Shown here: piece by piece, positions 35,536 through 45,100 of the stretch
Position numbering within the stretch: position 1 is the first letter of the stretch
Layout: each line of letters begins with the position of its first letter
From: a virus
Lineage: Duplodnaviria; Caudoviricetes
Length of the DNA: 62,388 nt
Direction: 5' to 3' (one strand)
IMG/VR virus record: IMGVR_UViG_3300027985_000703
Span: 1-62,388 of that record
The notes under the pieces: generated by a model
Told to the model about the DNA's origin: nothing
Databases searched by the model: none
What the model saw: only the letters and a program-made list of their open reading frames with translations
Program-made: the position numbers and the translations under genes

Positions 35536-35975
35536 CCAAGTGGGATGCCCGCTACCTGGGGCTGGCCGAGCTGATGAGCACCTGGAGCAAAGACCCCAGC
35601 AAGCAAGTCGGTGCCGCCATCATGCGCCCGGACAAAACCGTGGCCTCGACCGGCTTCAACGGCCTGCCATCGAGCGTCCCGGACACCCCGGCGGTGCTGC
35701 ACGACCGGCAACTGAAACTGGAGCTGGTGGTACACGCCGAGATCAACGCCATCCAGAACGCCCTATGGGAGGACCTGCGCGGCTACACCATGTTCGTGTT
35801 CCCGCTGCCGCCCTGTGCCGAGTGCGCCGACCGCATCATCCACGAGGGCATCCAGCGCGTGGTGGCCCCCGCCATCTACCCGGAAAGCCGCTGGTTCGAC
35901 TCCTGCACCGAAGGGCGCGCCAAGCTGGAAGCCGCCGGCGTGGAAGTGGAGTGGGTGCGGAGGTGGGATGACTGA
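35532..35975 (+). CDS. dCMP deaminase
   Basis: SKDPSKQVGA, GFNG, HAEINAI, PCAECA. Confidence 0.95.
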   Translation: MTKWDARYLGLAELMSTWSKDPSKQVGAAIMRPDKTVASTGFNGLPSSVPDTPAVLHDRQLKLELVVHAEINAIQNALWEDLRGYTMFVFPLPPCAECADRIIHEGIQRVVAPAIYPESRWFDSCTEGRAKLEAAGVEVEWVRRWDD

Positions 35976-36183
35976 GCAGCACTGGCACCCTGACTACTGG
36001 TGCAACCTGAACAAGATGCAAGAGCTGTTCGGCTACTCCCCGAACGCCCTGCGCTGCAAGATCACCCGCCAGCAATGGCCAGAAGGGGACTTGTGGTGCA
36101 AAACGCCCGACAACCGCCTGGTGATGAACCCCCTGCGGTTCAGCCAGTGGCTGGCGTCCAACACGAATAAGAGAACTGCATGA
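35968..36183 (+). CDS. excisionase-like winged-helix protein
   Basis: GYSPNALRCKI...WPEGDLWCKTPDNRLVMN...W; GGAGGT RBS. Confidence 0.7.
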   Translation: MTEQHWHPDYWCNLNKMQELFGYSPNALRCKITRQQWPEGDLWCKTPDNRLVMNPLRFSQWLASNTNKRTA

Positions 36184-36536
36184 CCCAGATCGCCAAACCC
36201 GCGGCCTTGTTACTGGCGGCCGCCCTAACGTCCTGCACCGCCCCGGCGTTCGCCATCACCGTTTCGGTGGCCCGCCCGGCGATGGTGCGCCCCATAACCG
36301 TTCGCCCGGCAGTACGCCCAACCATCAGCCCCGTATCAAGGACCACACCCCATGTCGAGAATAGCCGTCCGCATCGTTCAGGATTCTTCTTTCAGCCGCT
36401 TATGGCTCCGCCCCGCAAGAGTGACGACCTTTGTCCTCGAGTACCCGCGGATCGTCCACGCCGAACTGATGACGCACCGTGTATTCAGCCGCAACAGCTC
36501 GAGCAGCCGCGCCATCCCCATCGAGGCGGTAATTGA
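36180..36536 (+). CDS. putative exported protein/lipoprotein, Pro/Arg-rich, overlapping thyX
   Basis: ATGA coupling; signal peptide with LTSC lipobox-like motif. Confidence 0.55.
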   Translation: MTQIAKPAALLLAAALTSCTAPAFAITVSVARPAMVRPITVRPAVRPTISPVSRTTPHVENSRPHRSGFFFQPLMAPPRKSDDLCPRVPADRPRRTDDAPCIQPQQLEQPRHPHRGGN

Positions 36537-37224
36537 GCAAACATGCAAGAACCCGGTGATCCCGCTGCACATCGGTGCCAACCAGCCCGGCATGGTGGCC
36601 GATGAAGAACTGAGCCCGATGGACAAGGCCCAGGCCATCGCCATCTGGAAGCAGCACGCCAAGGATTCGCGCAAGGCCGCCCGCCGGCTGGCCAAGCTGG
36701 GGGTACACAAGCAGGTTGCCAACCGCGTGCTGGAGGCCCACCAGCACATGAAGGTGGTCCTGACCGGCACCGACTTCGACAACTTCTTCGCCCTGCGCAC
36801 CGATAAGGGTGCCGACCCGCATATCCGCGAGCTGGCGAAACAAATGTGGGTGGCCTACCAGCACAGCCAGCCGATGACGCTGAAACGCGGCGAGTGGCAC
36901 CTGCCGTTCATCGAGCGCAACCGGGTCGGGAGTCTGCTGGTCTACCGCAGCGAAGGCCGCGTGCTGTCCGAGGAAGAAGCGCTGATGGTATCCGCCAGCG
37001 CCTGCGCCCAGGTCAGCTACCGCAAGGAGGACTTGTCGCTGGACAAAGCCCAGCGTATCTTCGCCCGCCTGGCCGGCAGCCGCCCAATCCACGCCTCGCC
37101 CTTCGAGCACCAGGCCCAGCCGCTGTTCCTGCCCACCAGCCGCTGCCGCAACTTCCGGGGCTGGCGTCAGCTGCGCACGCTGATCCCCAACGACACCATC
37201 ACCGAGTTCAAGGAGGTCGCATGA
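36352..37224 (+). CDS. thyX: flavin-dependent thymidylate synthase
   Basis: YPRIVHAELMTHRVFSRNSSSSRAIP, HKQVANRVLE, NFFALR, HASPFEHQA. Confidence 0.9.
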   Translation: MSRIAVRIVQDSSFSRLWLRPARVTTFVLEYPRIVHAELMTHRVFSRNSSSSRAIPIEAVIEQTCKNPVIPLHIGANQPGMVADEELSPMDKAQAIAIWKQHAKDSRKAARRLAKLGVHKQVANRVLEAHQHMKVVLTGTDFDNFFALRTDKGADPHIRELAKQMWVAYQHSQPMTLKRGEWHLPFIERNRVGSLLVYRSEGRVLSEEEALMVSASACAQVSYRKEDLSLDKAQRIFARLAGSRPIHASPFEHQAQPLFLPTSRCRNFRGWRQLRTLIPNDTITEFKEVA

Positions 37225-37517
37225 GGGTGGAACAGTTACTCGAGCGTTACCGGGTGCGCGCCGGGTGTGCAGTCAACAAACTGGAGGTGGGGGCGCGGGG
37301 TAACGAACTGCGCCACGCTGTCATGGACCGCCTGCGCCGGGACATGGCCGCCCACACCGTGGAGCACAACCTGCACACCGAAACCCGGAACTTCCACACC
37401 ATGTTCAGCATCGACGCCTATGTAATCCCGGTGGATGAACTGCACCGAGTGCTGCAGATGATGGCCATGGACCTGGAGCGTATGAACCGACAATTCGAGG
37501 TACCATATGTGCGGTGA
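37221..37517 (+). CDS. hypothetical protein
   Basis: AAGGAGGT RBS. Confidence 0.75.
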   Translation: MRVEQLLERYRVRAGCAVNKLEVGARGNELRHAVMDRLRRDMAAHTVEHNLHTETRNFHTMFSIDAYVIPVDELHRVLQMMAMDLERMNRQFEVPYVR

Positions 37518-37725
37518 GCCGCAGCAAGCCACCCCGCAGACCAACCCGATACTGCGATACTGGGCCAAGCCCACGCGCTCGAACGCCATCAAGGCCAAGT
37601 GCGCCGAGTGCATGGGCTGCACCGTGAAAGCCACCGAACCGGGCTTCCGGGTGCTGATCCGCGACTGCGGCAGCAGCCAATGCCCGCTATTCCCCTGGCG
37701 ACCGTACCAGGTAAAGGTAAAATGA
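37507..37725 (+). CDS. small Cys4 zinc-binding protein
   Basis: AIKAKCAECMG...C...CPLFPWRP. Confidence 0.75.
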   Translation: MCGEPQQATPQTNPILRYWAKPTRSNAIKAKCAECMGCTVKATEPGFRVLIRDCGSSQCPLFPWRPYQVKVK

Positions 37726-37727
37726 CA

Positions 37728-37752
37728 AAGGCCCCCAACACGGGGGCCTTAC
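37728..37752. terminator. hairpin terminator
   Basis: AAGGCCCCC-AACAC-GGGGGCCTT. Confidence 0.7.
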
Positions 37753-37767
37753 TTATTGGAGGTTGCA

Positions 37768-38007
37768 ATGAGCCACCTATTCGCCTACAACAAAGGGCCG
37801 CTACCGGTAGCCCTGGAGCTGCGCCTGGACACCGTGGTGCAGGACATCGACCCGGAGTGCCGGCTGGAGAGCAACTGCGCCGGCGGCAACCGCACAGTGT
37901 TCTGGGTATCCGCCCCGGACCACTACGCCACGGCCGAGTACGCCGAGCGCCGCACCAGCATCCTCAAGGCCATCCGCGACACGCTGGTGGCGCAGGTCAG
38001 GCGATAG
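37768..38007 (+). CDS. hypothetical protein
   Basis: GGAGGT RBS. Confidence 0.7.
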   Translation: MSHLFAYNKGPLPVALELRLDTVVQDIDPECRLESNCAGGNRTVFWVSAPDHYATAEYAERRTSILKAIRDTLVAQVRR

Positions 38008-38015
38008 CAGCTCGC

Positions 38016-40034
38016 TCACAAGAATGTACCGGTGTCTTTCTTGAACACGGTAAGCTGTATGTCCTGCGAATATACAGATACCTGCGCGCCATAAGTACAC
38101 TTGAACCGCAGCTCGACGCCAACGTTCCCGCTCGCGCCTACAGTAACGCCGGGGATTTTTACCGTCGTAGAGGCTTGGTACTCCTTAGAAAATTTGGTGA
38201 CCCCGCCCACTATTACTTCAACCGTGATGTAGCCAGATGTTGCAGTTACATAAAAGTCAGACACCAGCAGCCACCGGTCAAAGGATGCTCCTGCCAGGGT
38301 AGTGCTAATGATGTTGATCCAGTTCCCGCCGGCGTAACTGGTAGCACCACCCCAAGACCAGTTCTTCATCGCGGTAATGTCACCCACGATCTGGTTGGCG
38401 TTCAGCGTGCCCTGGATGGTGCAGTTGCTTGAAATGGTGCAGTTACTAAACGTCCCGCCGGTCGCTGTCACCGTGCCGGTGAACGTACCGCCCGTGGCGT
38501 AGAGGTTGTTGGTCTTGAGCTGGCCGGTGCTTTCGATGAAGGTGTTATACCCGGAATACGGGCCGCCCGTACCAATGCCGAGCGTACCGCCACGCAGCGC
38601 CGTACCGGTGATAGTGCCGCCGGTGATGTTGATGGCGTTCAGGGTCAGGGCGTTTATCCGGGCAGCCGTGATCTCCCCGGCGGCCAGGGTCTGAATATAG
38701 GCCGTGTCGATGGCGGCATTGTTGATCAGCACCTGGCCGCCACTGACCGCCAGTAGCGCCTTGTAGCTGTTGGTCGGGTCGTTGGGGTCGAACACATAGA
38801 AGCGGGATGCGGCCACCGCCACTTCCGACTGCCCGCCGGTGCCGGTCCAGACGCCGATCCCGGCCTTGATGTCGCCCACCTGGGAACGCACCGACCACAT
38901 AGCCCCGGCACCCAGCGAGAAACTAACCCCGGTGATGAACCAGTGGTGGTTGGTGTCGTTGTAGTTCAGTTGCACCCACAACTGGGCCTGGGCCGCGTCG
39001 GCAGGCACGGTCAGCGTGCCGGCAATCTGCTTCCAGGTCGACGACGTGGTGCGGGTCACTGCCCCGGTCCAGGCCAACACGCTTCCATCCTTGCGAGTGA
39101 ACTTGGCGCCAATCTGGATTTGCGGGGCGGTGGCGTCGTAGGTGGCGCACAGCATGGAGAAACTGAGCAAGTCCCCTGGCACCACGTCGATGGTCTTGCC
39201 TAGTGTGTCCCGGTTTTGGATCCGCAGCACGTTGGAAACCGGGCATGACGCGGGGACCGTGCCATCGCTCGATGGGTAGACTGCACCGGATATACCAAAG
39301 CCGTGCGGCAAACCGCCGGCAAAGGCCGGGTTGAGGAACAGGTTGGTGGTGTTGCCCTCGGCCACCTGGACGAGGCCAGGGATCTCCGAAATAGATTCGG
39401 AGAGCGTCTGGGCTAAGTGGCTTTCCTGAATCTGCGCGCTCAGCTGCTCAAGCAGATAGGTCGGGGCGTGCGGGTGAAACAGGAACGTGCCGCCGACCGC
39501 GTGGATGGGGCCGGCTTGCTGCGACTGGTTGACGTGCCGTACCCAAACGTAATACCCGTAGCCGGTGCGAACTGACAAGCCCACCGCCGCCGAGCTGGAG
39601 GAACCAGCCAGCATGGTGTCCAGGTCCAGCGCCGGCGCATCCACCGGGTCGTTATTGCCGTCCACCGCCGTTTGCTGCAGGTAGACTTCGGTGTGCGAAT
39701 GCCCGTTGTACCGGGGCAAGTCCCACTGCACGAAAACACCGCCCACATAGTTGGTGACGCCAACCCCGCTCGGGGTGGTCGGCCGGTCGACCGGGGAATA
39801 CGCCTGCACGCCGCCCTGGTCGATGAGCCCCTGCAAGGCCCCGGCAATCGCGGCCGTGCCGCCACCGCTGCGGGCCCCAAGGTCACGATAAGTTACCGCC
39901 TGGTCCAGCTCGCTACCGCGACCTTGGCCGGCGAGGATCTGCACCACCTCGCGCATGGCGCTCATGAACGGGCGCAACGCCTTGGGGGTGTCAGAAGGGA
40001 TAGCCGGGATCGCCGGCTGCTTGGGCTTGGCCAT
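38016..40034 (-). CDS. tail fibre / host-specificity protein with carbohydrate-binding insert
   Basis: FnIII-like YYVWVRHVN, CBM-like NLFLNPAF...WKQIAGTLTVPADA, DUF1983-like AVAASRFYV, G/T-rich ITGGTITG repeats. Confidence 0.8.
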   Translation of the reverse strand: MAKPKQPAIPAIPSDTPKALRPFMSAMREVVQILAGQGRGSELDQAVTYRDLGARSGGGTAAIAGALQGLIDQGGVQAYSPVDRPTTPSGVGVTNYVGGVFVQWDLPRYNGHSHTEVYLQQTAVDGNNDPVDAPALDLDTMLAGSSSSAAVGLSVRTGYGYYVWVRHVNQSQQAGPIHAVGGTFLFHPHAPTYLLEQLSAQIQESHLAQTLSESISEIPGLVQVAEGNTTNLFLNPAFAGGLPHGFGISGAVYPSSDGTVPASCPVSNVLRIQNRDTLGKTIDVVPGDLLSFSMLCATYDATAPQIQIGAKFTRKDGSVLAWTGAVTRTTSSTWKQIAGTLTVPADAAQAQLWVQLNYNDTNHHWFITGVSFSLGAGAMWSVRSQVGDIKAGIGVWTGTGGQSEVAVAASRFYVFDPNDPTNSYKALLAVSGGQVLINNAAIDTAYIQTLAAGEITAARINALTLNAINITGGTITGTALRGGTLGIGTGGPYSGYNTFIESTGQLKTNNLYATGGTFTGTVTATGGTFSNCTISSNCTIQGTLNANQIVGDITAMKNWSWGGATSYAGGNWINIISTTLAGASFDRWLLVSDFYVTATSGYITVEVIVGGVTKFSKEYQASTTVKIPGVTVGASGNVGVELRFKCTYGAQVSVYSQDIQLTVFKKDTGTFL

Positions 40035-41743
40035 CAGTCATTCAGCTCCGCAATGCTGTGGGCGAGGGCAACGCTGTGTACTTGGGGCGTACCCTCGACC
40101 TTGAACCACCAATCTCGAGCACGAAGCCCGCCCGGAAGCGCGAACGGGGCGGCCGAGGCCACCGTCTTGACGAACGTCATCACCGTGCCGGACTCGCGCC
40201 GGGCATAGACAGTGAGGGTCAGCGGGTAGGATTCACTGACCACCTTGGCGTGAGCGAACGCCGCCACCGGTGAGGGCAGCCGATACTCCTTGGTCTTGTA
40301 GGTCAGTGTCAGGCGGTTGTTGAAGTCGGAATTGAACTTCATCACCGTGCGCGTGGCGTCACCCCGGGCGACATAGTGCAGCTCGCCAGTGCCGTCCACG
40401 GTCCAGTGCAGCGTCGGGTCCAGCGCCAGCTCCCGGATACCGTCATCCGGGGCCTGGGGGTTGAACACCAGCGCGTTCTGGTTGGCCCGCAGAATGAACA
40501 CCCGGCCGTCGTAGTGGGCCAGGCGCATGGAGCTGGGGGTGAGCGCCGCCCAGTCCACGTCCATGTAGTAATCGCGGCTGACCACCTGCACCTGGGTACC
40601 GCGCAGCGCCACCAGACCGAACGGGCTGGCGTAGAACACCGTGCCGTCCACTTCGACGGCGGCATCCTGACTGACGCAGGGCAGGGGCTCGGGAATACGA
40701 ATGGGGGACATCGCCTCCGGGCTCAGGCCCTGGAACACATAGGGTACGCCCTTGGTCAGCACCACCACGTCGCCGCCGGCCAGCAGACAGGTCACGATGT
40801 CGTCGTTCACCGACTGCTGGTAACGGATCGGCCACGCGTGGGTGGTGCCGGGCTCGCTGAACGCCATCTCGCGCAGCGTGTGGCCGAACATGAAGCCGGA
40901 TGGGTGGGCACCGATGTGCCGCAACGGGCCGTTGGGGAACAGGCTGGTGTTATCGTCCGGCGGCCCGAACCAGTCGTCGGTGATCATCGCTTCTTGCAGC
41001 GACTCACTGGGCGACCGGTCGATGTAGCTGGTGGTGCCCAGGGCGACCTCGGCCACGAACTGGAACACCCCGGTACCGTTGCTGCCGTAGTTGGCGCGGT
41101 AGATACGCCACACCGACCCGGTGCCGAAGTTGTAGCTGCCGGTAGGGACGGCAGGGCGGCTGATGGTGGTCTGGGTATCGGTGTAAACCACCCCCGAAAC
41201 GGTGTACTCCTTCATGTCGCAGGCGGCGGATACCAGGCTGCCCGGACCTTCCCGGCCCCAGGCATCGACCCACGTCACCTTGTAGTAGACGGTGAACAGG
41301 TCCAGATCGTCGGCGTTGGCCGGTGCTGCCGGGCGCGTACCATCGGCGTTGGTGGCCACCGCCACGCTCGGGGCCGCGGGTTGCGGGATCCCCAAACGGT
41401 AAGTGAGCGTCGGGTACGGGGCAGCCGTCAGGGCCACATCGGCGCGGGACACCTTGGGGTAGCTTTCATCCGTGATGCAGGCGTAGGCATTGGCATCGTT
41501 GACCAGCGGCGCTTGCACCGCCTCGGCCCGGTTCTGCCAGGTGAACCAGTGGGTGTTGCGGTAGCGAAACCAGTAGTTCGAGTTCACCGGCAAGGTGACA
41601 CCGGCGCTGGACGGGTTAGCCCAGGACTCAAGCAGCCCGCGGCCGGCACGGGCATTCAGCGCCTGCACCGCCAGGCCATCGGCCAGTTGGGTGGGTTTGT
41701 ACTTGGGCGCGGTGCCCTTGAACTCATCGACGCGCAGTCGCAT
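40034..41743 (-). CDS. tail nozzle/stabilisation-type virion protein
   Basis: 569 aa beta-rich; FKGTAP, FSEPG..HAWP, PCVSQ, VFYASPFGLV. Confidence 0.75.
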   Translation of the reverse strand: MRLRVDEFKGTAPKYKPTQLADGLAVQALNARAGRGLLESWANPSSAGVTLPVNSNYWFRYRNTHWFTWQNRAEAVQAPLVNDANAYACITDESYPKVSRADVALTAAPYPTLTYRLGIPQPAAPSVAVATNADGTRPAAPANADDLDLFTVYYKVTWVDAWGREGPGSLVSAACDMKEYTVSGVVYTDTQTTISRPAVPTGSYNFGTGSVWRIYRANYGSNGTGVFQFVAEVALGTTSYIDRSPSESLQEAMITDDWFGPPDDNTSLFPNGPLRHIGAHPSGFMFGHTLREMAFSEPGTTHAWPIRYQQSVNDDIVTCLLAGGDVVVLTKGVPYVFQGLSPEAMSPIRIPEPLPCVSQDAAVEVDGTVFYASPFGLVALRGTQVQVVSRDYYMDVDWAALTPSSMRLAHYDGRVFILRANQNALVFNPQAPDDGIRELALDPTLHWTVDGTGELHYVARGDATRTVMKFNSDFNNRLTLTYKTKEYRLPSPVAAFAHAKVVSESYPLTLTVYARRESGTVMTFVKTVASAAPFALPGGLRARDWWFKVEGTPQVHSVALAHSIAELND

Positions 41744-42032
41744 TGAAAGTCCCCTTCTGCATCTGGTCCTCGAGCACGGTCACGCGAATGACCAGGTTCT
41801 GTAGTCGGCCCTCGCTGTCCTTGACCGCCATCCGCACGTCCTGCACCGTGGCGACGCTGTGCTCGAGGCGCGTCTGCAGGACGGCCTGGGACTCTTTGAG
41901 CTTGTCCAGATCCCCGAACAGTCGGTCGAAGGACGCCTGGAACAGCACCCCTATGACCATCAGGAGCATGGAGGACAACAGGGTGATGACCCCGGCATTG
42001 CGGTTTAAGGTGTCCGTGGCCGACTCCGACAT
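41724..42032 (-). CDS. single-TM coiled-coil protein (possible lysis accessory)
   Basis: GGAG RBS; TM helix then heptads; own TATAAT upstream. Confidence 0.65.
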   Translation of the reverse strand: MSESATDTLNRNAGVITLLSSMLLMVIGVLFQASFDRLFGDLDKLKESQAVLQTRLEHSVATVQDVRMAVKDSEGRLQNLVIRVTVLEDQMQKGTFNATARR

Positions 42033-42081
42033 GGGCGCTCCAACAAAGAAAATGGCTGGTTGATTACCAGCCATTATATAC

Positions 42082-42116
42082 CAGTGCTACTGCATTTTAC
42101 GATTACAGTATCACCG
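42082..42116. promoter_or_regulatory. paired operator-like sites next to minus-strand TATAAT
   Basis: CAGTGCTACTG (42082) and CAGTATCACCG (42106). Confidence 0.75.
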
Positions 42117-45100
42117 TCCGTTGCCTCCAACCATATCCATAACCCAAGCCTTGGCCCAGGGCAGCTGGTTGGACACCGGCAGCGCTTCGGCCAGCTTGGT
42201 TCCCGCCTTTTTGGATGGGTCGGCCAAATCAGTCATCAACCACTCGATGGTAGGGTTCATCCCGGCCAGCATGGCTGAGAACATCCCCTCGTGCTCGTAC
42301 GCCACGCGGGGGGAGGCCAACAGCTGGGCATGTGCCTGCATACCGGTAGCGTTGAACACCCGGGCCAACTTCTCGTCAAAGCTTTGCGGCATACCGCGCC
42401 CACGGGTCAACAGCGGCGGGTACTTGATCATCTCCCGCAGCCACTCGGCCAGCGACCCGAGGGCCATGGACGCCACTGCGAAACCGGCTGTCATCGCCAT
42501 GGCCTGGGAGATGCTGCCGTTGCGGCCCTCGTTGTAGACGCCCATATGCACCCGGTCTACCAGGCCGTATATGAACTTCTTGAGCGAGGCGAACACCTGG
42601 AAGCGCGGGTCGGACATCCACAGCGGCATGGCCCCAGCCTCGGGGTTGGTCATGGCCTGGAGCACGAAGCGGTGCAGCGCGTCCTTGTACTCGGGGCTGC
42701 TGGTTTCGGCGGCCTTCTCCGGGTCGATCTGCAGCTCCTTGAGATACCGCTGTGAAGTGGGGTCTCCGGCCGCAGCCTTGGCAGAGTGCTCCTTGAGGAA
42801 GCCCTGGGCCTGAACCAGCGACTGCATCCGTTGCAGGTTGGTGAGTGCGACCTGCCCGTTCATCTTGAACATCACCCCGGCCACCTTACTCGCCGTCTTG
42901 CCAACGGTCAGCTCATCCATCATGTAGAGCTGTTGCATGGCGTGGCGGGTCACTTCGGTGTCAATGATGCCCAGCTCGTCGGCCAGCGCCCGCAACCCCC
43001 CGCGGTCGCTGATCGCCAGCCGGTACAAGTCCGAGGTCAACACCTGCAGCTGGGCACGGAGCCCGCGCTTGGCCCGCACGGCCACAACAGCGGTCTCGGG
43101 GATGGAGGCCACCGCCGAGAACAGCAGGTAACGGGCGGCCGTCGCCGCGAAGAAACCGGCGTTCACGGCGCGGACCCAATTCGGCAGGTTGTGTCCCATG
43201 GAACCGGTGATGGCGGACATGAGCTGGCGGACCTCGGACCGGTCAGACTCGCTAATGGTCTCCATCAATGCCTTGTACTGAAACGAGCTGTCGAAATAGT
43301 CCTTGCCGTTCTTGGTCTTGCGCAGCAGGCCGTATTCCTTGCCCCACTCGGCGTACCGGGCGGCGCTGCGCACAAAGCCGGTGATCACCTCGGGGGCGTC
43401 GGTGCGCAGGAAGCCCAACTCGCGCAACTTGGGCAGGGCCGCTTTCAGCTTCGCCAAATCCTTTCGGGTGCCCAGAATGGACTTCACGGTCTCGCTACCG
43501 GCAAACACCTCGAAGCCCGGCACCCCCTCGGACAGGTGCAGGGCCTTAACCAGCTCGTCCACCTTAACCACGCCATTCTGGTTGAGTACCTCACGGAACT
43601 CGGCCATGCGCTCGTGGATGCGGCCGAGATTCAGCACGGTTGGGGCGCCATCCAGCTCGAATGTGGGGTCCACCTTCTTAATTTCCGCCACAATCTTGCC
43701 CAGCTCCCGGGACAACTTGCGGGCCAGCAGCGTGTTCTTGCCGTCGACCAAATCCTCGTAGCCGCGCTGCAGCCCCTTCGGGGTCTTGCCGTCAGCGCCG
43801 TGCAGAACGCCGGCCATCCAGGATACCCAGCGCTGCTGCCGCAGCCGCCAGTTGACCTCGAAGCGGTCGGACTTCTCGCGCAACAAGCCACTGATGCGGC
43901 CCAGCCGCCCCTTGGTGGTCTGCCGGAACACCTTGCTTAGGCCGTTGATCACCCTGCGGGCGCCGTGGTGTCGGTTATTGCCGAACACGGTTTGCTGCTT
44001 TTTGCGCAGCCCCGCCACCAGTTTAGTGGCGTTGACCGAGTCGCCCTCCACCTCGCCGTTGGTCAGGCGCTCGATGGCCTGTTTCACCGCCTTGGGGGCA
44101 GATTCCAGGGCTTCCTGGTTGACCTTCGCCGCCTTGGACTGGCTCTCGGCGTCGTGATCGCGCAGCTGCTCCAGTGCTTCGCGCTTACTGCGCAGGTCGG
44201 CATCGGCGGCGTCCATCTGCTTTTGCAGCTCGGCGTGCTCCTGGCGCAGCTTGGCTTCGTCCAGACCTTCTGACAAGACCCGCTGCTTGAGGGCCGCCAG
44301 TTCGGTTTCAATACGGCTGGTATCCCGTTGTGCCGCCGGCGGGAGATCTTTGAGCCGCTGTTCCAGTTTGGCCTGCTCGTTCTTGAGCCGGTTAGCCTCC
44401 ATCCGCAGCCGATTGTACACGTTGCGTTCCAGGTTAGGCTGCGCCCGGATGCTGTTCTCAATCGCGTCGATGCGGGCCTGTAGCTCGGCAATCTCATTGG
44501 GCGCACGGCGGCGAATGCGCTCGGCCAGCGTGTTGCGGGGCGCGGGCTTGTCGAGCTGCTTCTGCAGTTGCTGGATGCGATCGAACACCCGCAGCTTGTC
44601 ACCCACCGCGGCCACGGCGTCCGAACGCTCGCGCACGACCTCAACCGCATTGGCCACGGCTTCCTGCTGGGCCTCTGAACCGGGCTTGTAGCGACGGCCG
44701 ACAGACTGGGTAGCCGGGGCTTCCGTGAGCTTCGCCTTGGGCTCCTGGTCGGCGGGCGAGGTCTTGGCCGCCTGCTCTTTGGCAGCCAATTGCTGGCGCT
44801 CCAACTCCAGTGCACGTTGTTCCAGTCGCTGGACGGTAGCCTCGACTTCGGGGCGCGCAACCCGAGAACGGCCCTGAGCGTCCATACCCGACACCAGGCG
44901 ACGCAGCCGAGCCTGCTCGTTCAGCAGTTCGGCTCGGCGCTGTTGGACCTCTTGCAGGATGCGCCCCCGCTGGGCCTGTAATTCGGCGTCCGATTGGCCA
45001 ATGCGCGACAGCCAGGAATGCGCTTGCTCGCGGGTAATCGACCCCCGTTCAACCGCTTTGGTGAGCTGGCCTGATGCTGTAACCCGCTCCACCTGGTTGG

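Noticed and set aside
35107-37224. DNA base-modification pathway
   Set aside because: dCMP deaminase and ThyX are explained by dTTP supply; no PurZ, Dpd/Que, hydroxymethylase, glycosyltransferase or methyltransferase recognised
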